This document shows positions 1 to 8,253 of a stretch of 32,924 nt of DNA, one piece after another. Every line of letters begins with the position of its first letter. Position 1 is the first letter of the stretch. A program made the translations under genes and the position numbers. The notes under the pieces were generated by a model. It was not told the origin of the DNA, ran no database searches, and worked only from the letters and a program-made list of their open reading frames with translations. The stretch comes from an uncultured Candidatus Saccharibacteria bacterium (GTDB lineage Bacteria > Patescibacteriota > Minisyncoccia > 2-01-FULL-47-10 > JBBTYX01), in assembly GCA_964436845.1 (NCBI GenBank), contig CAYTEF010000003.1:1-32924 (forward strand), written 5' to 3'.

Positions 1-12
1 AACCCTTTGAGT

Positions 13-142
13 CCACTGGTCAAACCAGTGGTTTACCTTAAAGCTAACTAATTAATATCGTCGGCGTTTTTTCTGCGTTTTTCTGCGTAAAGTCTGCTAA
101 TTTCTGCGAGTACTTCCGACAAATTTATTTTAAGGAAGTACT
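13..142 (-). repeat. Hairpin-bounded repeat element, copy A (phased CTGCG units; shares a 40-nt core with the leuS insert)
   Basis: 71..110 is 36/40 identical (ungapped, same orientation) to 9976..10015. CTGC(G) recurs at 73, 83, 94 and 104 (10-11 nt spacing). Flanked by hairpins 109..117/134..142 (9 bp, touching the ftsX stop codon) and 13..19/25..31 (7 bp). Confidence 0.7.
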
Positions 143-1058
143 ATGCGTTGAGATGCCGCCTGATGGCGATGAAGGAGGAAGCAGCGCCTATAATAATTCC
201 TAGGGTAAGCTGTATGAAAAGGAAGCTCACCCAGTTCGTTGCGTAGTAGTGGGCAAGGCCAATTGGCCCTACACCCTTAAAGTATCCTTCAATGGTTGAG
301 TCAATTGTCTGCAGGATAATGGCGGAGAGGAAGAGTGTCAAGAATGCCGCAATGGCACCATATATAATTCCCTGTACAATATAGGGACCGCGCACGAAGT
401 TATTTGAAGCACCCACCAGACGCATAATGGAAATTTTATTGCGGTCGTTATAAATTGCAAGGCGCAGCGTGTTAAAGCTGACAAGGAAGGATACGATGCC
501 TAAAATGATAATCATGCCTATTACTGCCTGTTTCACGTTGGTGGACACCTTGCCCAAGTTTTCTATGGAGTCCTGGCGCTGGGTGTAATCAACGGCGTCA
601 ATGAGTGAGGCGTATTGGGAAGAGTCAATGAATTTGACAATTTCGGCGTAATCCTCGGTCGCAGCCGCTTTAATCGTGAGCGAGGCGGGCAGAGGGTTTT
701 GACCGCCTAACTTATCAAGCGCTTCGTTAATGGTTGCGTCACTTTTGTGGTTTTCTCTAAATTTCTTTAAGGCGTCCTGGCGCGAGGTGTATTCAACATT
801 CTTTACACGCGACATGCCCTCAAGGGCGGTTTTTAACTGAAAAATTTGATTTTCCGGCGTGTTGTTTAGAAAATAAACCCCAACGGATATTTTATCTTTG
901 AGCGAGGCAAGAACCGTGTCGGTTAATGTCTGAAAAAGCATCATGCCTGTGGTGAGCATGAGGGTGACAATAATAATGAGGATGGCGGCACTGGATATGA
1001 GTGCGTTTCGCTTGAAGCTTTGCCAGCCGGCTTTTGCAATTCTTTGTAAAAAGGTCAT
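141..1058 (-). CDS. ftsX: Cell-division ABC-transporter permease-like protein FtsX
   Basis: 305-aa ORF with an N-terminal TM helix, a large extracytoplasmic domain and three C-terminal TM helices (FtsX architecture). Its start overlaps the upstream stop (ATGA). No ftsE is adjacent. Confidence 0.8.
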   Translation of the reverse strand: MTFLQRIAKAGWQSFKRNALISSAAILIIIVTLMLTTGMMLFQTLTDTVLASLKDKISVGVYFLNNTPENQIFQLKTALEGMSRVKNVEYTSRQDALKKFRENHKSDATINEALDKLGGQNPLPASLTIKAAATEDYAEIVKFIDSSQYASLIDAVDYTQRQDSIENLGKVSTNVKQAVIGMIIILGIVSFLVSFNTLRLAIYNDRNKISIMRLVGASNNFVRGPYIVQGIIYGAIAAFLTLFLSAIILQTIDSTIEGYFKGVGPIGLAHYYATNWVSFLFIQLTLGIIIGAASSFIAIRRHLNA

Positions 1059-2137
1059 AGATGTGAATTAACGGTTTCAAGGAGTTGGCTCTTAAAAATG
1101 TTTTCGTCAAAGGGCTTTGCTGATGCCCTTAGCATTTTATCATCAAATTTCATTTTTTGGAAGATGCCAAGAGCATGGGCTAAACTTTCGGGCGTTTGTT
1201 CGTCAAAGAAGATGCCGTTTTTCCCCTCTTGAATAATTTCCAGAGCCCCGCCCGAGCGATAGGCGATAACGGGCGTTCCCGAAGCCAAGCTTTCCACCGC
1301 GCTGATGCCGAAGTCTTCCTCCTGGGGGAAAATGAGTGCTTTTGCGCGTTTATAATAGTTACTTACCCACTTATGGGCAACGGGCGGGAGGAATTTAATA
1401 TGGCTCCCCGCCTTTTTTTTGAGAAGGGGAAGCAAAGGTCCGTCCCCCACCACCACCAAGGGCAAGCCCAAATAGGTAAACGCTTCAACCACAATGTCAG
1501 GCCGTTTGTAGGGTACCAGACGCATTAAAAGGAGATAATAGTTCCTTTGGACTTGCGGTTTATCCTGAAATTCCTTTATCGCGACCGGAGGGTAAATAAC
1601 TTTAGCGTCGCGTTTATAATATTTTTTAATCCGACTTGCGACGAAATGCGAATTTGCGATAAAATGATCCACCCGCTTTGACGCTTCAAAATCCCACATG
1701 CGAAGGTAGGTAAGGCCGAAAGGCACAAGGGGTTTCACCCATGAGGGAAGGGGTGTTTTTTCAAGGTATGTCTGCGAGCCGTCCCATAGAAAGCGCGAAG
1801 GCGTGTGGCAGTAGGAAATATGCAGCGCGTGGGGAGCGCGTAAAATACCTTTACCAAAGCTTTCCGAGTCCGAAATGATGAGGTCGTAATCTCTTACGTC
1901 CAAGCGTTCTGCTGAAAGCGGCATCAAAAGGGGAAAGAGGCGGTGGCGCGTTCGTATAAAAGGCAGGCGCTGGAGGGGAGAGGAAATAATAGGACGATTG
2001 GGAAATTCCTTTGTGATTGAGGAATCGTGAAAAAGGGTGAAAATGGGCGCGTCAGGAAAAAGCTCGCAGAGCGCCTTAAGAACCCGTTCCGCCCCTCCGT
2101 ATTGGTTCAAGTAGTCATGTACGAGTGCTACTTTCAT
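1055..2137 (-). CDS. Family 4-type glycosyltransferase
   Basis: ORF 1055..2176. ATG 2137 chosen (MKVALVHDYLNQYGGAERV...). The C-terminal FPQEEDFGISAVESLASGTPV resembles the GT4 E-x7-E region. Confidence 0.8.
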   Translation of the reverse strand: MKVALVHDYLNQYGGAERVLKALCELFPDAPIFTLFHDSSITKEFPNRPIISSPLQRLPFIRTRHRLFPLLMPLSAERLDVRDYDLIISDSESFGKGILRAPHALHISYCHTPSRFLWDGSQTYLEKTPLPSWVKPLVPFGLTYLRMWDFEASKRVDHFIANSHFVASRIKKYYKRDAKVIYPPVAIKEFQDKPQVQRNYYLLLMRLVPYKRPDIVVEAFTYLGLPLVVVGDGPLLPLLKKKAGSHIKFLPPVAHKWVSNYYKRAKALIFPQEEDFGISAVESLASGTPVIAYRSGGALEIIQEGKNGIFFDEQTPESLAHALGIFQKMKFDDKMLRASAKPFDENIFKSQLLETVNSHL

Positions 2138-2258
2138 GTTTCTTGCTATAGTACCAGAATTTTCCCAACGAATCAAACCTAAAACGATTCACACATTTGG
2201 ACTAAACCTTCGCCTGCGGTTTCTCTATAAGAAAAGTAAGCATGTAAAGCGTATTAAG

Positions 2259-2297
2259 AAAAAAAGGAACAGGCGGCATCAGAAATCTAATGCCGCC
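2259..2297 (-). terminator. Rho-independent terminator after the 2306..2659 ORF
   Basis: 8-bp GC-rich stem 2272..2279/2290..2297 (ggcggcat/atgccgcc), followed on the minus strand by GTTCCTTTTTTT. Confidence 0.6.
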
Positions 2298-2305
2298 TAC
2301 GAAGT

Positions 2306-2659
2306 CTAGAGAACGAATTTTTCGAGATGCAACAATCCTTTTCGGCGCCGCATCCATTTAGAAAGAGAAATTAAGGGGACGTTTTGTTCAATTACGTTTA
2401 ACAACTCTACGTGTTTTTGTTCTACGTAAAGTGTCTCTTTAATGAGGACGTGCCCTCTCCAAGATCCACGATAAAGATTTGTTTCATACTCCTTTCTCTT
2501 GAGGGGCTTGGGTTTGCTGGTAATCTGAATAATGGGGAGGGTTAAGATGAGTTCGGGATGTTTATCCTTTACCCATAGGTACTTTCCCGCAAAGAGTGAT
2601 CTTTTATAGATGAAGCGGGCGAGCCGCCATTCAATTGATTCTTCCAAGATCCACCTCAC
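2306..2659 (-). CDS. Hypothetical protein (117 aa, no recognisable motif)
   Basis: Intact ORF packed 10 nt downstream of purD on the same strand, followed by a terminator. I could not assign a family. Confidence 0.5.
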   Translation of the reverse strand: MRWILEESIEWRLARFIYKRSLFAGKYLWVKDKHPELILTLPIIQITSKPKPLKRKEYETNLYRGSWRGHVLIKETLYVEQKHVELLNVIEQNVPLISLSKWMRRRKGLLHLEKFVL

Positions 2660-2669
2660 TTCCTGTAAG

Positions 2670-3869
2670 TCAAAAGCCTATATCTTTTCTATACCACATT
2701 CCCTCAAAGGAGATGAGGCTGACTGCGCGATAGGCACGCTCGCGCGCTTGCGCAAGGGTCTGACCCACGCCTACCACATTTAATACCCTCCCGCCGGCGG
2801 TTACGTAGTTTCCCCTTTGGCACGAGGTGCCCGCATGGAAGATAAAGACCCCTTCCTGCTTGCCTGCCTCCTCCAATCCAGATATCGGAAATCCGGTATG
2901 AGAAGTTCCCGGATACCCTTGCGACGCAAGAACCACGCACACGGCCGCCTGATTTTTCCATTGCAACCCAAAGCCGATTAAGTTTTGATTTATGGTGGCA
3001 TACATGGCGGGGATTAAGTCGGTTTCGCAAAGCATGCTTACCGCCTGAAACTCGGGATCGCCAGGGCGGGCATTAAACTCTATCACTACAGGTCCTTGCG
3101 ATCCGAATTTTAATCCGGCATATAAAACCCCTTGAAAAGGACACCCTTCGTTGCCAAGCGCTGCAAGAGTTTTATGGATGATACTTTCCAAGACTCGTCT
3201 TTCCATGCGCGGAGTCATAAGAGGGAAAGGAGCATATGCCCCCATCCCGCCTGTATTGGGACCACCCGGCCATGCTTCCTTGGTATCCTGTGCGGCAAGC
3301 AGCGGCACTGCGCGCATGCCGTCCGTAAGCACCATGTAAGAGCACTCCGGGCCGGGAACGAATTCTTCAAGGATCAATAGTTGTCCAGGGTAGAGTGTTT
3401 TCAGGCGATCCACTGCCATAAGCGTATGGTCAATGTCACGTGCAACAATCACGCCTTTGCCGGCGGCTAAACCGTCTACTTTTACCACCATGCGGTCGCG
3501 GTGCTTGCGGATGAAGGCCTTGGCTTTTTCGGGATCATGGAAAACCCAAAATGCAGGCGAGGGTATGCCATAATGACGCAAAAGTTGCCTGCACCATGCC
3601 TTACTGCTTTCAATGCGCGCGGCACCTTTCGTGGGGCCAAAGATTTTTTTACCTGCCCTTCTAAAAAGGTCCACCACCCCACTGGCTAAATAGGCTTCAG
3701 ACCCCACTATGGTGAAATCCACGGAGTTTACTACTGCTTGATGGAGCAGCGCAGAGGTGTTTTCAGGAGCGCTCTGAAGGCGAAATACACTGTTCACAAA
3801 AGGGCTTCGATTCACCATTTCCTCTATCGCAGCTTCTCGTCCACCATTTCCGACAATTCCTACGTTCAT
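2670..3869 (-). CDS. purD: Phosphoribosylamine-glycine ligase
   Basis: 399-aa ORF with an N-terminal GNGGREAA, an ATP-grasp core (VVKVDGLAAGKGV) and FNARPGDPE. Confidence 0.9.
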   Translation of the reverse strand: MNVGIVGNGGREAAIEEMVNRSPFVNSVFRLQSAPENTSALLHQAVVNSVDFTIVGSEAYLASGVVDLFRRAGKKIFGPTKGAARIESSKAWCRQLLRHYGIPSPAFWVFHDPEKAKAFIRKHRDRMVVKVDGLAAGKGVIVARDIDHTLMAVDRLKTLYPGQLLILEEFVPGPECSYMVLTDGMRAVPLLAAQDTKEAWPGGPNTGGMGAYAPFPLMTPRMERRVLESIIHKTLAALGNEGCPFQGVLYAGLKFGSQGPVVIEFNARPGDPEFQAVSMLCETDLIPAMYATINQNLIGFGLQWKNQAAVCVVLASQGYPGTSHTGFPISGLEEAGKQEGVFIFHAGTSCQRGNYVTAGGRVLNVVGVGQTLAQARERAYRAVSLISFEGMWYRKDIGF

Positions 3870-3901
3870 AATCCATCTCCTTTCACTATTTTACTATCCC
3901 G

Positions 3902-4618
3902 CTAGAATAGCTGCTTAGCTATTTGTTTAGCCCGCATTAAAATCCCTTCTTCGCTTGGTAGTACCAGAGGGCTCTCCCGAACAAATTCCTTTACTCTTCC
4001 TTCGGCAAAATCCTCAATAACCTCTATTTGCAGTTCGTGTTCTTCGGGCAAGAGTCGCTTTTTTAAAGAGAAAGCATCATCTTCCCGAAGAATGCCCATT
4101 CGTCGCGTCTTAATAAGGGTTCCCTCATCATATTCCACCGCAACCCGTTGTGCGGTGGCTTCCGTCCAGTGATCACGACCACTAGCTCGAGTGAAGAAAA
4201 GCCTGGTATAGTGGACGCGCAACCCAAACATTCCTTGCCCGCCAAAATCGGGTCTGCCCGGATCAAGGGGGCCTGGATGCTGGTTTACCATCATCCCTTG
4301 GTAGGCCTCAATCACGCTCGGCGGGGTTTTTACCATCCACCCGTACTGGCCGATGAAGTCAACCCCGCGGGCTTTGCAGGCTTTGATGATTGCTTCGCCA
4401 AAGGCGTGAGAATCATCATAGTCCTTTGGCCGAAGGACTATGACATTATCAGAGGAAATCCCCTGGGCAAGGACTTTCTGGATCCCCTCCGTCGGTCGGC
4501 TTGCAATGACTAAAGCCGGCGCAACTCTTTTAAGCCTGCCTCGGTTACAAGCCTTCAAAATAGCCTCGGCGGTAGTGCCGCTGCTGGAAATCAGCATCGC
4601 GATTCGTAACTTTTCCAT
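3902..4618 (-). CDS. purN: Phosphoribosylglycinamide formyltransferase-like protein
   Basis: ORF 3902..4756. Start moved to ATG 4618, which has AGGAGG 6 nt upstream. The formyltransferase N-domain pattern is present (RIAMLISSSGTTAEAIL, VNQHPGPLD). Confidence 0.75.
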   Translation of the reverse strand: MEKLRIAMLISSSGTTAEAILKACNRGRLKRVAPALVIASRPTEGIQKVLAQGISSDNVIVLRPKDYDDSHAFGEAIIKACKARGVDFIGQYGWMVKTPPSVIEAYQGMMVNQHPGPLDPGRPDFGGQGMFGLRVHYTRLFFTRASGRDHWTEATAQRVAVEYDEGTLIKTRRMGILREDDAFSLKKRLLPEEHELQIEVIEDFAEGRVKEFVRESPLVLPSEEGILMRAKQIAKQLF

Positions 4619-4675
4619 TATATGCCTCCTTTTTTGGTTTTGTGGTGCACAAACCGATATTGGTTTGTTGCCTTG

Positions 4676-4703
4676 AGTATAATCGGGTTTGGGAAAAACG
4701 CAA
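4676..4703 (-). promoter_or_regulatory. Possible promoter for purN-purD
   Basis: Minus strand reads TTGCGT, 16 nt, TATACT, directly after the pyrC terminator T-tract. Confidence 0.35.
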
Positions 4704-4744
4704 GAAAAAAAAGGAACCTGCCGGAGCAAAAAGCTCCAGCAGGT
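4703..4744 (-). terminator. Rho-independent terminator after pyrC
   Basis: Interrupted 11-bp stem at 4716..4744 (acctgc-c-ggagc aaaaa gctcc-a-gcaggt), followed on the minus strand by TCCTTTTTTTT. Confidence 0.6.
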
Positions 4745-4752
4745 CAGGTTAT

Positions 4753-6042
4753 TCAAAGAAACATTTTTCCGCCCACTATCACATGGGCGATTCGTGGTAC
4801 CTCCACGCCTTCATACGGTGTCCACCCACACTTGCTCCTCATATCCTCCTTGGTAAGTGGTTTGACCACGTTCATGTCTATGAGGACGAGATCGGCGTCA
4901 TACCCGACGTCAATCGCTCCCTTTTGAGAGAGCTGTCGGAAGATTTTTGCGGCGTTTCGGGATATTAAATCAACAAGTCGTGAAATACCCATCCTCTTTT
5001 CACGCACGAGGCGTAAAAGTAGGGGAAGGGTGGTTTGAACCCCGGGAAGGCCGCTGGGGATATTTTCATACTCTTTTGCCTTTTTTTCTTCTGGCAAATG
5101 AGGCGCGTGGTCAGAAGCGACCACTTCCACATACCCTTCTTCGCAGGTAAGTTCCAAAAGTTCATTTTGCGCTTCCTCGTAGCGCAAAGGAGGATTTACC
5201 TTAAAAAAATTTCCCAGTGGAGATTGGTAATGCTTCTGATTGAGAAAGAGATGGTGGGGGCATACTTCGGCCCACACCGATACACCACTTTTTTTTGCCT
5301 CTTTGACAAGTTTGAGCGAGTCAGGCAATGAAAGGTGGCACAAGTACAGAGAACATCCTGTTTTTGCCGCTAATTCAAGCATCTCCCTTACCGCCGATAC
5401 CTCCACGTCGCTTGAACGAATAATTGAATGGTCAGCGACAGTCAGGGGGTTCTTGAAAGAGGCAAGGTTTTTCTGGATAAGCTCTTCTGTTTCTGCGTGC
5501 ACGGCAACGATAGCCTGTTGCTCTGCGCACAAACGAAAGAGCTCTCGCAGCTTTTTTTGATTTGTGAAAAGCAGGCTGCCGGTTGAAGATCCGCGGAAAA
5601 GCTTCACTCCAACAACGTGTTCGTGGAGGAGCGCTTTTTCTGTTTCCGCGAAATTATGCTCCGTTGCGCCAAACCAGAAGCCAAAGTTCAAGGCCACACC
5701 CCCAAGAGCTTTTACAATAATCTCCTCCTTTTTCTTTATTTCCTCAAGCGTTGTCAGCGGGGGATCGGTGTTTGGCATGTCAAACACGGTCGTGATCCCG
5801 CCATAGAGCGCGGCTCTTGATCCATGAGCCCAGTCTTCCTTACGGGTGTACCCGGGTGTGCGAAAATGCACATGGGGGTCAATGCCGCCCGGAAGAAGTA
5901 AAAGGTTTTTCGCGTCAATCCATGTTTCAGCCGTATGGTGATCACCAATGGCGCGAATGGTTGAGTCATAGATGGAAACAGTTTTAACACTTCCATCCGG
6001 CAGTGTCGCGTTGCGGATTTCCCAAACGTTTGGCATATACAT
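4753..6042 (-). CDS. pyrC: Dihydroorotase (cyclic amidohydrolase family)
   Basis: 429-aa ORF with metal ligands DPHVHFR and ASDHAPH. AAGGAGG lies upstream; the third codon ATG (6036) has the better SD spacing. Confidence 0.85.
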   Translation of the reverse strand: MYMPNVWEIRNATLPDGSVKTVSIYDSTIRAIGDHHTAETWIDAKNLLLLPGGIDPHVHFRTPGYTRKEDWAHGSRAALYGGITTVFDMPNTDPPLTTLEEIKKKEEIIVKALGGVALNFGFWFGATEHNFAETEKALLHEHVVGVKLFRGSSTGSLLFTNQKKLRELFRLCAEQQAIVAVHAETEELIQKNLASFKNPLTVADHSIIRSSDVEVSAVREMLELAAKTGCSLYLCHLSLPDSLKLVKEAKKSGVSVWAEVCPHHLFLNQKHYQSPLGNFFKVNPPLRYEEAQNELLELTCEEGYVEVVASDHAPHLPEEKKAKEYENIPSGLPGVQTTLPLLLRLVREKRMGISRLVDLISRNAAKIFRQLSQKGAIDVGYDADLVLIDMNVVKPLTKEDMRSKCGWTPYEGVEVPRIAHVIVGGKMFL

Positions 6043-6111
6043 TCCTCCTTATGTTGAAAAAAGTGTACGGTCAAATTGGCGTTAGTGTAGCAGAAGAGTT
6101 TTATCAGCACA

Positions 6112-6159
6112 AGAGAAAAAGGCTCCCCGCGAATCGTTTCTTGCGATCGCACAGGAGCC
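6112..6159 (-). terminator. Rho-independent terminator after pyrD
   Basis: Stem ggctcc 6121..6126 / ggagcc 6154..6159 with internal pairing, followed on the minus strand by TTTTTCTCTT. Confidence 0.55.
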
Positions 6160-6168
6160 CTAATATTT

Positions 6169-7296
6169 TTACAGTGTCCTCGGCCAGAGTGCTCTTACTT
6201 CAGAAATGTTTTTAAAACCATGTTCCCGAAGTTTTAAACGCAAACCCTGGTTTATCATTTTAGGAAGGAAGGGACCTTGATAAACAAGGGCTGTGTACAC
6301 TTGGACAAGATTGGCGCCTGCTTCAAGCATACGCCAAGCGTCCTCGGATCCAGAAATTCCCCCTACGCCAATGATAACGAAGTCCTCGTCTACCCGTTGG
6401 CGGATATAGCGCACGATTGCGTGCGCCTTTCCAAAAAGCGAAGGTCCGCTTAAACCGCCTTCTTCATTGATAGACGTCTTGAGACCTCTGCGTTCGGTTG
6501 TTGTGTTGGTGGCGATAAGCCCTTGAATTCCGAGTTCTTTACAGATGTTGATCACGTCGTCAATAGCTCCCCGAGAAAGATCGGGAGCAATTTTCACAAG
6601 AAGCGGTTTAGGGTTTGCTTTATACTGATTCGCCAGTTTTTTATTTTTGGCAATCAGCGCTTCCAAGAGCTCCTTGAGTTTATCAACATCTTGAAGTTGC
6701 CGGAGATCAGGCGTATTGGGAGAGCTGACATTAATCACAAAGCCGCAGGCATATAGATAGAGCTTCTCAAAACTGTACAAGTAATCCCGCGAAGCCTTAT
6801 CTAAGGGAGTTTTTTTTGATTTCCCGATGTTAATAAACATAGGCTCTAAGGGTAGTCTTCCTTTCCAGAAATGGATATTAAGACGTGTGGCGACAACATC
6901 TGCCCCATCACTATTAAACCCCATGCGATTGATAAGGGCTTTGTCCTGCTCAAGGCGAAAAATTCGTGGTCGGGGGTTTCCCATCTGCTCTTCGGCAACA
7001 ACTGTCCCCAATTCGAAAAAACCAAATCCTATTGCCGGCCATATATTTGGAACAAGGCCGTTTTTATCCATGCCGCCGGGCAACCCTACGGGGTTGGGAA
7101 AACGCATTCCCCAAAAGGTCTGGGCAAGATTCGGAGAATCCGATCCCAGAGCAAGCCGCAAAGCTTTAAGAGCCCAAGGATGTCGGTGGACTCCTTGCAA
7201 GTACCCCATCACCCGTTTGTGGGCTTCCTCAGGGTCGGAGGAAAAGCCGAATAACCTTGGCCGTACGAACTTTTCATATCCAAATTCGCTTAACAT
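6169..7296 (-). CDS. pyrD: Dihydroorotate dehydrogenase (quinone-type, class 2-like)
   Basis: 375-aa ORF with GFFELGTV, NRMGFNS and EEGGLSG motifs. AGGAG lies 8 nt upstream of the ATG. Confidence 0.9.
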   Translation of the reverse strand: MLSEFGYEKFVRPRLFGFSSDPEEAHKRVMGYLQGVHRHPWALKALRLALGSDSPNLAQTFWGMRFPNPVGLPGGMDKNGLVPNIWPAIGFGFFELGTVVAEEQMGNPRPRIFRLEQDKALINRMGFNSDGADVVATRLNIHFWKGRLPLEPMFINIGKSKKTPLDKASRDYLYSFEKLYLYACGFVINVSSPNTPDLRQLQDVDKLKELLEALIAKNKKLANQYKANPKPLLVKIAPDLSRGAIDDVINICKELGIQGLIATNTTTERRGLKTSINEEGGLSGPSLFGKAHAIVRYIRQRVDEDFVIIGVGGISGSEDAWRMLEAGANLVQVYTALVYQGPFLPKMINQGLRLKLREHGFKNISEVRALWPRTL

Positions 7297-7411
7297 TATC
7301 TATTCTCCTTTCGGTTCTTATTCGATTGTTTAAAAAGATTCAATGTACCCCCAATGTACCTCCTTTACTTGGTTTTGAAAGATAGTATATCTTTTCTGAT
7401 AAAAAAGCAAC

Positions 7412-7439
7412 AAAAAACGCAGAACAATCTGCGTTTTTT
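7412..7439 (-). terminator. Terminator downstream of tRNA-Trp (symmetric, potentially bidirectional)
   Basis: Perfect 12-bp stem aaaaaacgcaga/tctgcgtttttt with a 4-nt loop; A-run and T-run on either side. Confidence 0.7.
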
Positions 7440-7443
7440 GAAT

Positions 7444-7514
7444 CAGGGGCGGAGGGAATCGAACCCCCGACATGGCTTTTGGAGAGCCAAGTTATACCAC
7501 TTAACTACACCCCT
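7444..7514 (-). tRNA. tRNA-Trp: tRNA-Trp (anticodon CCA)
   Basis: Manual cloverleaf on the minus strand: acceptor AGGGGTG/CGCCCCT, D arm GTTA-AGTGGTA-TAAC, anticodon stem TGGCT/AGCCA with loop CTCCAAA, T arm GGGGG-TTCGATT-CCCTC, discriminator G. No CCA is encoded. Confidence 0.9.
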
Positions 7515-7559
7515 ATATACTAAACTCTACGACTAACAATTTACAGCCATCGAAGCAAG

Positions 7560-7958
7560 TTACAAGAGATTCAAAAATTTATTGGCGGTAAGAATCGTAA
7601 CATCCTCAAAGGAACCCAATGCGAGGAGCTCTTTATCACCGGTGATGATATACCGGCAATTCCCTTCAAGCGCTGCTTCCAGTACTCTATTGTCAGGGTT
7701 GTTATCGTTTAGTATGTCCACCTGCTTGATTGGGTGAACCATTCTAAAGCTCTGTTTTATTTTGTGTTCAGTGAGTTTGAGGGTTTCTTTAGGGAAAGAG
7801 AATTTTTTGGATAAGACATCTAAAAGTTCGGCGAGGAGCGGGGGAGAGGTTACCGCTTCTATGTGTTTTGTGATAGCGAGCTTAAGGATTTCGCGTGGTT
7901 TGCCGCCAAAAAGAAGGGCGGAAATTATAACGTTGGTGTCTATGAGCACCTTTACCAT
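7560..7958 (-). CDS. PIN-domain toxin (TA-system ribonuclease family)
   Basis: 132-aa ORF with acidic residues in PIN positions (VLIDTNV, LLAELLD, IITGDKELL). Starts 2 nt after the RHH gene. Confidence 0.85.
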   Translation of the reverse strand: MVKVLIDTNVIISALLFGGKPREILKLAITKHIEAVTSPPLLAELLDVLSKKFSFPKETLKLTEHKIKQSFRMVHPIKQVDILNDNNPDNRVLEAALEGNCRYIITGDKELLALGSFEDVTILTANKFLNLL

Positions 7959-7960
7959 GC

Positions 7961-8203
7961 CTATTTCTTATGGCGATAATCAGTGACTACCTTGTTAGCC
8001 CTTCTTTCATCGGTGATTCCCATTTTTTTGGCTTGGCGTTGACCTATTGTAAAAATTTTTTCCCATTCTTGAGTATTTTTGAGATACATGCGCAATGCTT
8101 CGCGAATGAGTTCGCTCCGATTACGGTATTCCTTTTTCGCCGTCCTGTCTATGGTTTTAACGAGATTCTCGGGTAAAGCAATATTCAATGTTTGTGTTTT
8201 CAT
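7961..8203 (-). CDS. Ribbon-helix-helix (CopG-like) antitoxin
   Basis: MKTQTLNIALPENLVKTIDRTAKKEYRNRSELIREALRMYL is the classic RHH strand-helix-helix pattern. The ORF-track start 8215 is TTG, so ATG 8203 is preferred. Confidence 0.8.
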   Translation of the reverse strand: MKTQTLNIALPENLVKTIDRTAKKEYRNRSELIREALRMYLKNTQEWEKIFTIGQRQAKKMGITDERRANKVVTDYRHKK

Positions 8204-8209
8204 AGCAGT

Positions 8210-8224
8210 ATACAATTATTGTAT
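8210..8224. promoter_or_regulatory. Palindrome ATACAAT-T-ATTGTAT, candidate RHH operator
   Basis: Perfect 7+7 inverted repeat, 7 nt upstream of the antitoxin ATG. Confidence 0.35.
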
Positions 8225-8253
8225 GTAAACTGTATATATTTTTTGGCATGGCG

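Noticed and set aside
1196-1528. 110-aa plus-strand ORF
   Set aside because: It is antisense to the conserved C-terminal domain of the glycosyltransferase and has no translation signals.
4619-4756. 46-codon N-terminal extension of the purN ORF as given in the ORF track
   Set aside because: The extension runs through the pyrC terminator and a putative promoter. The internal ATG 4618 has a perfect AGGAGG SD and matches the usual formyltransferase N-terminus.
7354-7536. 60-aa plus-strand ORF
   Set aside because: It overlaps the minus-strand tRNA-Trp gene and its terminator, so the reading frame is an artefact of the tRNA sequence.
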